Positions 49,020 to 61,930 of a DNA stretch of 64,000 nucleotides are shown here, in pieces. The stretch comes from Octopus bimaculoides (lineage: Eukaryota), in assembly GCF_001194135.2 (NCBI RefSeq), contig NC_068990.1, forward strand, positions 60,314,287 to 60,378,286, read 5' to 3'. The position numbers and the translations under genes are program-made. Under the pieces are notes generated by a model. The model saw nothing but the letters and a program-made list of their open reading frames with translations, did not search any database and was not told where the DNA came from. Positions within the stretch are counted from its first letter, which is position 1, and the number at the start of each line of letters is the position of its first letter.

Positions 49020-49930
49020 TGCTTGAAGTAGCTAGTTTGTTCTCATATGATCAATCTGCTGCTATTCTTTCCACTCGTACCCAACTTATCCACATGCTTT
49101 TGAGGTCTTCTTTGAATATCATCATCTTAGGATGCAGAGGGGCTGGTATAGGACTGCCAGTGATGGCGAGCACTGGTAGGCCTGGTCAGCTCTTTGCACA
49201 TTGAAGTCTCTGACACCACTAACCTGCGATAACCCCAGCCTCTTCATTCAAGAGCATGAAGCAAGACAGCAAGCTTTGAATATCTCACACTTGGTGTCTT
49301 TTGTGAAGGTTGGTTCTTTATCTGCTTCCCTTCTTTCCATTTTCATAACATTCCGGTCTTTACATATTGAGTAACAGGTTAGAGCAAAATGTAACCGGCC
49401 AGTCAAAACCAATACAATGCCATAGTATTTTGTAATGGCTTGGATTTGGATTTGCTTTGCAAAAAGATTTCCTCATTCTAATTCAATCAAACAAAATAAC
49501 TTTGAAGATCTTCTGTCAGCCTTATTGGTGGAATGTGTCCATTTTTTGGGGGCCATCTTCCATGATATTTGTTCATGTTTCATTACCACACAGGACAGAA
49601 CTTTATAAGAAAATTCTTATGTCAGAACTAGTACTTGTACTCACATTTGATGCATATTTTGAAATATGGTCTGTGATTTTCTGATTCTACCATTCACATT
49701 ATTTTCTATACTTTCTTCCCTCCTGACTAGACTGCAAATAGCTGACAGTGATGATGAAGGTAATTGATGGGAATGCTACATGAGTGCAGTGGAGTGAAGT
49801 GAAAAGGCTTTGTTGCACTGTTGGTAAAAACAATAACTGGACTACAAGATTTACTTATCAAGCTCAAAGAATAGGCTGTAAAGGCTGGGTTCAGAATTAG
49901 CTATGAAGATACTAAAGTGATGCAGAATAA
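49020..49930. mobile_element. Old RTE-type LINE remnant with an inverted 5' piece
   Basis: Minus strand 49020-49690: VLCGNET, DTFHQ, EDLKSMWISW..RIAAD. Plus strand 49740-49930: LQDLL..GFRISYEDTKVM. Confidence 0.5.
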
Positions 49931-50249
49931 TACCACAACCTAACCTTCTATCTTCATTGGACAGCAAGTTGTAGAAGATAAGAATAATTTCTTAAATTAT
50001 TTATAAAATTATCATTGGCAGATTCGATCATTTTATTTCATACTATCAATTTAAATGTATTACTGAAAAATTAAGTATATATTTTTTTGTTACTTGTTTG
50101 GAAGGTTATCCAGTCTAAAATTAAGCCAATCCTTCAGTATGTATGCAGTAGGTACACAATTATTCAATTAAACCCTTTTTGAAATTAATTCCCTAAGCAA
50201 AACCTTCCATTTTGTAACATAACCATGGGCATTACTCTTTAATACAATT

Positions 50250-52390
50250 GAAATTCGAAAAAAGACAAAAGTTTAAAAAATAATTGTTTAACCTCATTTA
50301 TAAGCTGGAGTCTTCAATTTACTAGAGCAAATATGTTTTCACAGAAATTTTCTATTTTAATGAGATGTTGGAGTAAATAATTTTTGACTGACATAAGAGC
50401 TAACTCTGAAAATCTCAGTACTGTCGTATTTTGTTGGTAGATTTTAATTCACTTCAGTGCTAGAAAGAACTGCCTTACAGAGGCAGTTGTTGAAGGAATT
50501 GTCAAAACTAAATTGCAAAGACTGATGAATCCTGGCATTGCATTAATTTAATAAGATCATTGACTAAAATATGACATTAAATTACATATACTTTGCTTTT
50601 AAATATTGCATTCAATATATAATATTTAGTTTACTCTGTAAATGAAATACAAAAATAAACTACAAGTGATTCTTAAAGAATTTATGGCATCCACTAAAAA
50701 GCTTTTGAAATATTCTTCAGCTTTGCTAAAATTGGAAGTTCCATAGGTTTAAGCATTTCTAAGGATGAATATCTTGCTTTTAATTTTTCAACTTTTGTGC
50801 CAGTTATTTTGTTACAGAGCGTTTTTAAATGTTGTTGTGAGCTAACAGTTTCATTTCTGGATTTCTTAGTTTGGCTTGTTCATCTATACCATATTTTACC
50901 TCTAACATTTCATAACACTATAGCAAGATCTCCAGTGAAATGTGCATAGTTCTATTTTATCTCTTTGAACTGTGCAATATATGGTGCCAAGACTTTTAGT
51001 CTGAAGGATGTTAAATAATAAAAAAAATCAATGGTGCCCCAACTTGACTGTAGCTTTGAAGCAGAAACATTTTAAAGATTAAAAGATTTATAAAAATATA
51101 TATATAAAATATTTTAAGTAGAAACAGAAAATTAAGATCTTTGAAATTGTAGCGAAATCCAATTGAAGAATTTATAGTAATCCAATACTACAGTTTGAGA
51201 TTTTCAATGATGCTTTTAAAGTGGTTGATTGAGAAATTACAATTTTCTTTTGCAGTATTAATTAGATGTGATAAGTAATTCAAACTAATTGCTGCAACTT
51301 TGGGAAATCTTCTTTTTTTAACATTATTATCCATCACATTAGTTCTTTGGGGTAATTTCATAAAAAAAAATGTACTCAATCCATTTATTGTAGAAAAAAC
51401 ATATTGCATTCTTTTGTTGCAAAGCCTGCTTGCAAAAGAACTAGATTTAGCACATGAGCATAACAATGATTAAGGATTGTAGATTCATATTTCTCCCTTA
51501 CTTTTGACTACAGCCCATTTAATTGTCCTACCACTGAAGGAGTGCCATTATAGGTTTTTGCAATTAATTTCACATTGCCAAATTTCAATGTATTTAAAAA
51601 CATGTGCAGATAAAATATATGCTGAATGGTCTGCACAAACATCATTAAAACCAATAAATTGTTCTTTAGTGACATAATCTTTTGTAACATAATACAAAGC
51701 AGTTGGCAGTTATGAATACTATTGTATGTCAGACATTTCATCAACAAGTATAGCAACAAATTTAGCCTGCTTAAGTTCATTTTCTATTTCATTCAACATT
51801 ACCTTTTGAATCACCTCAATTGAATCATTTTGAATTCTGTTTGAAAAACCCAAGTAAACATCACCTGTATTTGATGGTTTGCCAATTTTTCATCATACTT
51901 ACTGATTAGATATAAAAGTTCTTTATAATTCCCATGGTTATTGGATACTTTGGATTAAAAATGACCACAAAATGATATTGGCGACCTAAAACAATAACTG
52001 CATCAATCAATCTTTGCAGAATAGCTCTACTTCACCTAACTCTTTTATTATACTGCTGTATGCTTTATCTTTTATGTACACCTAATTCTAAGTTTATGCA
52101 AACAACTCCAAATATTTTAAGATTGATCAAGGATTTTATATGGCTTTGAGAACACTCATGTTTTAACATAGCTATATGTAGATTATTTCAATCTTCTCTG
52201 TTATTGTTCCAAACTGTTTTTCCTACACTAAATGACAAGCATGACTACTGAGATAACTTATTTAACTTACCACTTTCTCTGAGCAGTTTTCTCAAATAAA
52301 TTTGAAAATGTCTAATACATTTCTTGTTGAAACTTTGCAAATTAAGTCATCTTAGCATTGGCTTGCTACCATTTATAATTAATAATTCTC
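50250..52390 (-). mobile_element. Fossil hAT (ZMYM1-like) transposase
   Basis: KHESSQSHI, RLIDAVIVLG, KLIAKTYNG, HCYAHVLNLVL, LFNILQTK, LTIPSTTASV...ALK*IK (hAT dimerization domain); many stops and frameshifts. Confidence 0.85.
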
Positions 52391-52528
52391 ATCAGTCTTT
52401 TTTTTTTTTTTTTTGAAAAACTTTTTCTCAAAAGTTCTTCACAATTCACATTTTAATGACTTGAGCCAACATTTCAAATGATATTTAAGAAAGGAATAAG
52501 GGATTCAATGTTTTGATATGGCACCATG

Positions 52529-52572
<44 letters not shown>

Positions 52573-52874
52573 TGTGTGTGTGCATGCATGGGTGCATGCT
52601 CGTTTGGAGAATTGAAAGGTGACAGGTTAAAAGTCAAATAAAACAATAGAAGATACCTTTGTAAATTATCAAAGCTTAGTTAGTTAATGAAGGCAATGAA
52701 AGAAAGTAAAAAAAAAAGCAAAACAACATTTTTGGGGAACAGAATATTAAATAAATGTTTGTGTTCATTGTGTAAGTTGCCTTTTGCTAGTAGTTTGTAA
52801 ACTTTTGTACGTTTAGTCAGTGTTGTTGGTGAGGCTGATACAATAACTGTTATAAAAAATCTTTGGAACAGAAA

Positions 52875-52980
52875 TGCAACAGGAATCGATAAAATAAGTA
52901 CCAGTTGTGTTCTGGTGTTGATAAAATCCACTTACTCTCTTCCCTGAAATTACTGGCCTTGTACCAAAATTTGATACCAA
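52875..52980 (+). mobile_element. Deu/Nin-type SINE fragment
   Basis: atcgataaaataagtaccagttg...ggccttgtaccaaaatttga. Confidence 0.6.
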
Positions 52981-53016
52981 TACACACACACACACTCACA
53001 CACACACACACACACT

Positions 53017-53048
<32 letters not shown>

Positions 53049-53269
53049 TATAGTCAATCAAGTGAACAGTGTTAAAAGTAACAATGACAAACAACAAGAG
53101 GGCATGCACATGAAATGCATTTGTTTGACTTTTAGTGAAAAGAGAGAGATTTTGATGTCTGGGTATAGCTCTTTACCAGGAAGGAAAAGAAGAAAGAGGA
53201 AAAGTCCAAAGATGAAAAAAATCACCAACAGCATGTGTGTAGTTACATTGCTGAAGTATATACATACAC

Positions 53270-53530
53270 TCCGTCGAGGGTTCCAGTTGATCCGATCAAC
53301 GGAACAGCCTGCTCGTGAAATTAACGTGCAAGTGGCTGAGCACTCCACAGACATGGAGTTCTCGGGGATATCCAGCGTGACACAGTGTGACAAGGCTGAC
53401 CCCTTGAAATAGAGGCACAGCAGAAACAGGAAGTAAGAGTGAGAGAAAGTTGTGGTGGAAGAGTACAACAGGGTTCACCACCATCCCCTGCCGGAGCCTT
53501 GTGGAGCTTTAGGTGCTGTCGCTCAATAAA
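53270..53530 (-). mobile_element. Young SINE body (head lost in the gap)
   Basis: CpG-intact; its 5' part is homologous to 2495-2560 and 2963-2990. Confidence 0.65.
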
Positions 53531-53648
53531 NNNNNNNNNNNNNNNNNNNNNNNNNNNNNNNNNNNNNNNNNNNNNNNNNNNNNNNNNNNNNNNNNNNNNN
53601 NNNNNNNNNNNNNNNNNNNNNNNNNNNNNNNNNNNNNNNNNNNNNNNN

Positions 53649-53683
<35 letters not shown>

Positions 53684-54670
53684 TGTAAATAATAATAAAA
53701 ATCAAAAATGAAATTGTCTAAAAATGTTTTGATTTTCTTTCTCATTGCACATCAATATACCTCACAATGTATGAATTATTAAGTTCTTTTTAAAGTCGTT
53801 ATATTTCACAATAACATTTTGTAGGCATTCTCATGCATGCAGGAAAGCCTACTTTTTTCTGTCGAGGGCTTATATGCCCCATTATTAGACTATTTTCCTT
53901 AGTTATTTGCACGGTGATGGCTATAAGCTTTAAGCTTATAAAAAAAATACCATTATTATTATTTACAGAATTGTAAAACTTGACACCGCTTAACAAAACC
54001 AAATATATATAAAAATGCGTGTGTGTGTGTGTGTATACAACAGCAGACAGATAGATACACACACTCGCTGCACACACACACAAACACACACACACACACA
54101 CAGGATTGATAAACTGCTAAGACTTCAAGATTAAGGTGATTTGTGTTACTGGGTAGATTTACATTTGCAGTAACAGAACTGGTTGTTTATTGTTGCAGCA
54201 TTAGAAGTTATGGAATTTCAGTAAACATTTGTTAAGAGTTAAAAATAATTAAGTTAAAATTAACAAAAGAAATTATCAAAGAACTACTAACCTGGAGATA
54301 TGCCATATGCAAACCTCTAAAAGAACTGATATCATGAAAGCGTGAACGATGAAAATGATCATGGAAATCATTGTGATAACTAACATAATAATTTATTTTG
54401 AGAATTAAAGAAAAATACAAGATGTTATTGTGAAATATGACGACTTTAAAAATAGCTTAATAATTCATACATTGTGAGGTATGTTGATGTGGAATGAGAA
54501 AGAAAATCTAAACATTTTTAGACAATTTCACAATCATTTTTTTCTTGATTGACATTTGCCAACATGAATCACCTCTCAACACACTGAGTTATTATTGATG
54601 AAGCCGCTGCATGGTCACTCAACATGCTAGAAATACCAGCCAGGTCTCTTTCAAATAACACTCTACTGTC

Positions 54671-54898
54671 TTAGCCCTTTTGTTACTGTATTTATTTTAA
54701 GATGCTCTGTATTTCTTTCAATTACTTTAAATGTAACAAAGAATTTAGTAAAATAACTTAGTTATCATTCAGCTAGTGTTAGGAACATAAATTGTGACTA
54801 AGGTTTGATGGAAGATTTTAGTTCAAAACTTATGAAAACAAGACATTTGTACTCAGAGCCAGAGTTGGTTTCAACTGGGTTGGTAAGAAAAGAGTTAA
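54671..54898 (-). mobile_element. piggyBac-type MITE, family A (inverted copy)
   Basis: Reverse-complement homologous to 36209-36437 along its length. Confidence 0.75.
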
Positions 54899-56796
54899 AG
54901 AAGAAAAGAGTGGTCAATGTGGACATTGATATACAAAGAGATAAATGTTGGGCTGAACAGCAGCAACAAAAACATTAACTCCATGTTAGTTTAGCATAAC
55001 TTCTAACCTTGCCCCTTTAACAAACCTTACTTCAAGGAATGCATTCAAGGATTATGCCAAAATATAAGCAGGTTTTTACTTTAATTTCTAATTTTACATC
55101 TGATCTCTTTTATCTTTGCCAAACCCAGTTCTGCAACCTTATCTTTACTGTCTTGTATATTACCATTGCTTCTATGTAATCTTGAAGGCCAGGGTTAGTG
55201 CTACATACAAGCTGATCACTTAAGGCACAAAAAAATCAGGGATACCACAAATAACTGAGATAAAATTTCTTAATCTAATCAGAAAACTGGAAACTTAGTA
55301 ATACATAAAGAAGGAGGTCACTCCTGAAATAAACAAGACTAGAGGACATGGTTGAATGGAGAGGAGCCAAAGGGCTCATGTTTTGTAATGGCATGAATCA
55401 ATACGAAATGTTCCAATATTTCAAATTGGCCCAGTAACAGATTCTCTCGGAGATATGTATGATCCTAGAACAATAAATTTCTTGTTTGTAAGTTAATTAT
55501 AATTTTATTTTCCAGTTGGTATAAAGAGGATGATAACTTTGGAGGATGTTATATGAAGAAATTGGAGAAAGAAGCTCTTATTGTAGGACTGGGAGAATGG
55601 GGTGCACATTGTAAAGCTGACCCAGTGTGCTAAATACTCTGGTATCAAATTGTAAAGCTGGTTCAATGCTAATACTCTGGTTTCAGCCCTGCTGAAGGCT
55701 CTTATTTACATTTTAATAGTATACTTATTCTTTTGATTTTGATTGCTATACATTTTTAAGTTCACCAAACCCATATCTCTTTCTCCAAGGAACCCAGTTC
55801 AAAACCCTTTATTAGAGGTTTTCAACCCTTTTTCACTTATGGATCTTTTTGATTCCAATTTTGCTCTACTGTAGCGTTATACCCATTCAATGTTTAAAAA
55901 TATGCTATTGTAATTTTTATATTAAGAATTGTTTAATGTAAAAAGACTGTTAGAATATTTTGTGTATTGTAGAAGCATAACCAATTTATTGTATATAAAT
56001 TTAAACAACAAAATCTTATATGGACCCCAGTAGAGAACCACTGCTCTAGGTGCTCCTTTTCCTCAAATTATAGGGGATACTACAGATCTTTAAGTAATGT
56101 TACTGAAATTATTATTATTATCATGCATCTCAACAAATTTTTGTGATTATCCTTAATATTTTACTGGACATCTTGATGAACATTTCTTTGGACTTCATAT
56201 TTGTTTTGTCCCTCTTATTTGTGTTAAACCTTCTCTTGTTTAGCAGGAAAAGAAAAACATGATAACTTGGATCCAGTTTACGATGCAGTGAATAACAATT
56301 ATTGATTTGGTTCGGATAGACTCGTTTTTTATTCAAATAACTGACTACCACCACAAAATGACAATGAGATAATATGAATTTATTATGAGTAAGGTTGTTT
56401 GTTTATTGTGTATGTGTGCATATGTGTATGTAAGTTGGGTGTATGTGTGTATCATTCTGCATGTGGGAAGTGGCCTTTCTTTTGTATAAGAGAGATCTTT
56501 CCTGTTAAAAAGGAATGTCAGTTGTTGAGAAACAGAGGATTTTCTGATCCAGAGGCAAGAAACTGTGCACTGTTTGAGGAAGGTTGTTGTTGTTAGAGTT
56601 GTTGCTGCTGTAGCCATTGTTATTAGTTTACCATCATTAATCAAACTGGTTGCTAATTAAATATACTTCAACTGTGACCATATAGCTCTTTCTGTTTCAA
56701 CAAAAGTGTACATGTGTTAGCATTATTCAATATATCATTTGTTGTTTAAGATGAAGATGGTAAAAATATAAAAAAAGAAAACTGTTGATGTGTTGT

Positions 56797-57230
56797 ATAG
56801 GCATGGATTTGTGGCTAAGAAGTTTCACTTAAGCACCTATGCTGGTGCCATGTATAAAGCACCCAAGGAGAGTTCCACTTAGAAAGCTTACAGTACACTG
56901 TGTAAAGTGGTTGGCATTAGGAAGGGCTTCCAGCTGTAGGAACCAAGCCCAAAACAGACAATTGGAGCCTGGTGCAGTTTTCTGGCTTGACAGCTTTTGT
57001 CAAAACTGTCCAACTCATGCAAGCATGGAAAATAGACATTGAATGATGATGAGGAGGAGGAGGGGGGCTGTGGCAGCGGGGGAGGAGGAGAATTTGCTCC
57101 CCAGTCATGTAGCTTCATGTTGGGTTTCACTTTGCAGCACTTTGGGCAGGTGTCATCTGCTGTAGCCATGGGTTGGCCTAAACCATGTGAGAGGATTTGG
57201 AAAACTGAAACTGAAAGGAGCCTGTTGTAT
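56797..57230 (+). mobile_element. Two degenerate SINEs ((GAT)n-tail type and CORE type)
   Basis: Motif identity with other copies. Confidence 0.7.
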
Positions 57231-57841
57231 GTATATGTACATATGTTCGTGTGTGTTTGTATATGGGTGTACATGTGTGCGCGCGCATGTATATGCATCC
57301 AGGTCTTAACATCATGTTATGGATGTAAATGAGTACCACTGTCATACAAACGATGAGGCATAAGATTCTATTTACTTCTGGATAAGTGATGTAGAGTAAC
57401 ATGCTGCAGTTTTCCACCAGTATAGTTGCAGCTCAGTCTCCTCCTCCTCCTCCTCCTCCTCCTTGTCATCACCATTATTGTAGTTGTTGTCATTGTCATC
57501 AATGTTGAAATCATCATTATTATCGTCGTCATTGTCATCATCATTGTTCTCATCATCATCACCTTCCTCCTCTTCTTCATCATCATAACTTTCGTCATCA
57601 TTTCATGTCCACTCCCCCTGCTGGTATCAATTGGATAGATTGCCAGGCTGATTCAGTTTTTTATTTGCCTTCTTACACAAGCTGAAGGTCATGTCTTACA
57701 CATATGTTCTATTTTCAGCATGGTCTCAGCAGCTTGTTGTCCTTCCTATCACCAGCTACTTTACAGAACATACTGGATGTATTTTCCTGTGGCACTGGCA
57801 TCAGGGAGGTTGTTTTGCCCACAGCAAACCCTCTATTAGTA

Positions 57842-58346
57842 ATTTGATTTAGAAAGGATCAGAGAAAATATATAGAAATGATGATTTAAAAAAATGTTGG
57901 TGTGTGTGTGTGTGTGGGGGGGGATTCACTTTTCATGTAATGTTTTTACTAAAGATAAAGAATGTGTGGGAAGAGAGATTGACAGAAGCGAAGGGTGGTG
58001 AAAGGGGTCAGAGAGAGACAGACAGAGAGTATTTGATTTAGAAGGGATCAGACAAAATATATGGAAATAATTTTTTGTTTTTAGTGTGGAGATTCATTTT
58101 CCATGTAAAGAATGGGTGGGAAAGGTAATAGAAAAAAAAAGAGGGGTGCTGAAAAGGGTCAGAGAAAGACAGACAAAGAGAGCATTTAATTTAGAAGGGA
58201 TCAGAGAAAATATATGGAGATGCTGATTTTTTTTTGGGTGGGGGATACACTTTTCATGTAATATTCTCACTAAAAAGTGAGTGGGGGAAGGGGTAGAAAA
58301 AGAGAGGAATTGTGAAAGGGTCAAAGAAAAACAGACAGAGAGAGTG
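57842..58346 (+). repeat. Diverged tandem triplication (units of about 189, 153 and 163 bp)
   Basis: Each unit starts attt(g/a)atttagaa(a/g)ggatcaga and ends gggtca(g/a)aga...cagaca. Confidence 0.85.
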
Positions 58347-58898
58347 ACAAGAAACAAATTCACACAAGTATCTCCATTAATCATCTTCATTTATAACTGC
58401 AGTTATTTTCCTTAGCTAATTTTTTTTGCAATTAATACTGTGGTTAGATAGTAACATAATACTTCAGAACAAAAGAAAAAAAGAAAACAATTACATCAAA
58501 AACATGACTTACTTATTTGAGAGGGTCAGTGTTCATTTATTTTAAAGACAAGATAATGGTTTCAAGTTGCACAATTCATATGTATTGAAGTATCATGATT
58601 GTTGATGAGATGAGAATTATATTAATAAAGATGATACACATATTTAGCCAGAGGGATGGGTTCGACAGGTTCAAATGAATTCTCCATTACTCTTACAGCT
58701 ACATATAAATATAATAATAATCTGATTGTATTGTCAAGAAGTCTACATGAAAGCCATGGTGCTTTGAGTTCAATTCCATGGTACAGCACCTTAGGTTAGT
58801 GGCTAATGGCCTCAGCCTAAGCAATGACTTGTGAGTGAATTTCTTAACTGGAAATTGTGTGCAAGACTGTCATATGTGTGTGTGTGTGTGTGTGTGTG

Positions 58899-58951
<53 letters not shown>

Positions 58952-59680
58952 NNNNNNNNNNNNNNNNNNNNNNNNNNNNNNNNNNNNNNNNNNNNNNNNN
59001 NNNNNNNNNNNNNNNNNNNNNNNNNNNNNNNNNNNNNNNNNNNNNNNNNNNNNNNNNNNNNNNNNNNNNNNNNNNNNNNNNNNNNNNNNNNNNNNNNNNN
59101 NNNNNNNNNNNNNNNNNNNNNNNNNNNNNNNNNNNNNNNNNNNNNNNNNNNNNNNNNNNNNNNNNNNNNNNNNNNNNNNNNNNNNNNNNNNNNNNNNNNN
59201 NNNNNNNNNNNNNNNNNNNNNNNNNNNNNNNNNNNNNNNNNNNNNNNNNNNNNNNNNNNNNNNNNNNNNNNNNNNNNNNNNNNNNNNNNNNNNNNNNNNN
59301 NNNNNNNNNNNNNNNNNNNNNNNNNNNNNNNNNNNNNNNNNNNNNNNNNNNNNNNNNNNNNNNNNNNNNNNNNNNNNNNNNNNNNNNNNNNNNNNNNNNN
59401 NNNNNNNNNNNNNNNNNNNNNNNNNNNNNNNNNNNNNNNNNNNNNNNNNNNNNNNNNNNNNNNNNNNNNNNNNNNNNNNNNNNNNNNNNNNNNNNNNNNN
59501 NNNNNNNNNNNNNNNNNNNNNNNNNNNNNNNNNNNNNNNNNNNNNNNNNNNNNNNNNNNNNNNNNNNNNNNNNNNNNNNNNNNNNNNNNNNNNNNNNNNN
59601 NNNNNNNNNNNNNNNNNNNNNNNNNNNNNNNNNNNNNNNNNNNNNNNNNNNNNNNNNNNNNNNNNNNNNNNNNNNNNNNN

Positions 59681-59715
<35 letters not shown>

Positions 59716-59734
59716 GTATATATGTATATATAAG

Positions 59735-61930
59735 ATGGACTCTCCTGTCAGTTTCGACATATGAAGCTCCAACAATGTACTCTTTCTTTGTCAGTCATAA
59801 TGCTTATGTCAAATGTGACATTTAAGTCCCACCAATGATTTACAAAGAAGACCACAAATGTTGCAAGTATGAGGATTACAGGTCAGTGCAGGTGGTATAT
59901 TTGCAGCGACTTTTCTCCTTTACCTTGCACCATGAAGCCTGTTAATGCTGGTTGCAACAAAGATTTTAATACCATTTTGACACAACAGTCACCATTTTGT
60001 TCATCCCAAGGTTGTTCACTCAAAGGTGTTGTGGGCTATCTTCATTTCTAAAAGGTTACTCTTCAGCTTGTTTTTATATTTGAGCCGTGGTGGGCCAACA
60101 TTCCTGTGTCTACTCTCAAGCTGGATGTACATGAGGACTTTGGGTATTCTTTCATTACTCATTCTGATGACATGGTCAGCCGAACGCAACTGTGATTGTA
60201 AAAAGCTCTCAATTCCACCACTCTTACACTTACTAAACAAGTCGTCATTAGAAAGTCTGTCTTTTAGTGTATAACCACATATTGTCCTCAGACAGTCTTC
60301 GTGGAAGATGTCTAGTTGGTTAATGTGTTGTCTGTAAGCTATCTATGATTCTGAGCCATACAAGAGAGTAGTAAGAATAACTGCTTTATAGATCTGTACT
60401 TAGTTGTCAAGTTTGATGCCCCTTTCATTCTATATGCATTGTTTGCTTTGCAAGATGGTTGACGATTTCATTATCAATGAAAGTGCTCCAATTCTCTTTA
60501 CTACCAAGATATGTAAATGACTTCACATAATTTAGGCTTTTCCCATCAACCTGTGTAGGAGTGTCAGGAAAATTGTGAACTGGTGACCTCTGCTTGACAT
60601 CTGGAATTTGTTTAGGAGTAAGGTAAAGTTGGTGAATTACTTCTGTCTTCTTTATGCTGATGGTCAAACCAAAGGCTTTACATGTAGCAGAAAACTTATC
60701 TAGAAGTTCCTGAGCTTCCTCCAAGGAAGTCGCTACTAGTGCAGCAGCATCTGCAAAAAGTAGATCATGAATGATGCTGGTGCATAGCAGTGTTCTGGCT
60801 TTGAAATGCTGATGATTGAATAATCCATAACTTGTTTGAAACTGGAATTTGACTTCACTTTCTATATCACCAAAAGCATACCTCAGCATCACTGAAAAGA
60901 AGAATACAAACAAAACTGGGGCCATAACACAACCTTCCTTTGGACCATTTTTAATGTCAAAAGAAGCCAAAGATTCCCCACCCGACACAACAGTAGCCTT
61001 CATTCCTTCATGAAAGGAGGTGATAACACCAGAGTGGCATGGCTCATCTTCATTTCTTCCAAACCAGAAAAATATGTATCCTTTACTTTCTTCTGTGATG
61101 ACCCTGCAAGACAAATTTCACTGAGTGCAGCTATGTCAATGTTGTATTTCTTTATTTCAAGGGTAATCAGTGTTATTTTTCATTCTGGTGCTGGGTGACT
61201 GTCTTGGAGAGTACGTACATTCCAAGAACCAAGGATAATGTTCTTAGATTTCTTCATGTTTCAATCACATTACTGAATAACCAGACTGTTGCCAATTTTA
61301 AGGTGAGTAAGCAATGTTTAGGGCCCATTGTTTTGTCCCTCCCTCTGTTGGGGAAAACAGTGCTGTATCTAAATAGACCTCCTTTGTCACCACTGGAAGA
61401 CATGGACACCACAGTTGCTCACAAGCTCTGTGCTGGAACAGCCATCACCCAATGGTCGCCAACTGTGTTGAGATCCAGCAAGAGACTTCCAGTAATATCC
61501 TTTCCCTGTCTCTGCCGCTTTCACTCTCTCCCCAGAGGACTTTTTGATTTTTGCAAATTGAAGCTGTGCCATATTGAATGAATAAATGTAAGTTGTCAGA
61601 AAACCAACACATACGATTTAATCTAAGTGTTGAAGACTTGTGTAGAATTAGCCACACTTTTTGGAAGTGATAATAGCAAGAATATGGTGCCCATATGTGC
61701 CACAATACCAAGAACAACACACCTCAGGCTTTTTCTTCAGAGGCTTCCATCTCCTAGACGAGATGCTATAAACAAAGTGGAGAGCCCAGTGAACTCTTTG
61801 AGTCAGAGTTTGCTGATAGTACAGCCTTGTTAGGGAGACCATCAGCAACCAAACACCTTATTTTATATCAGAGTTTCCCTCTCCTAGATGGGATGCTTTC
61901 ACCACAGTTAAGGAGCTCCATCTTTCCTTA
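59735..61930 (-). mobile_element. RTE (BovB-like) LINE retaining both ends, with an internal deletion
   Basis: ILGSWNVRTL and NIDIAALSE (APE endonuclease N-terminus), SFHEGM..GCVMAPVLF..LLFADA..GLTISIKKTEV (RT), GPPRLKYK, and C-terminal CNICG...LKCH. Confidence 0.9.

Noticed and set aside
50380-51000. Initially read as further RGS-like pseudo-exons (LKVLAPY..., FLQQL...)
   Set aside because: Another frame gives clear hAT motifs (LFNILQTK, LTIPSTTASV). This shows that by-eye RGS matches can mislead, so confidence in the pseudogene family call was kept moderate.
57705-57830. Plus-strand exon-like segment (ttttcag|CATGG...)
   Set aside because: Its reverse complement matches the decayed (GAT)n-tail SINE module.
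57842-58346. CRISPR-like repeat-spacer appearance (also 20440-21165)
   Set aside because: Eukaryotic context, degenerate repeats, spacers homologous to each other, and no cas genes.
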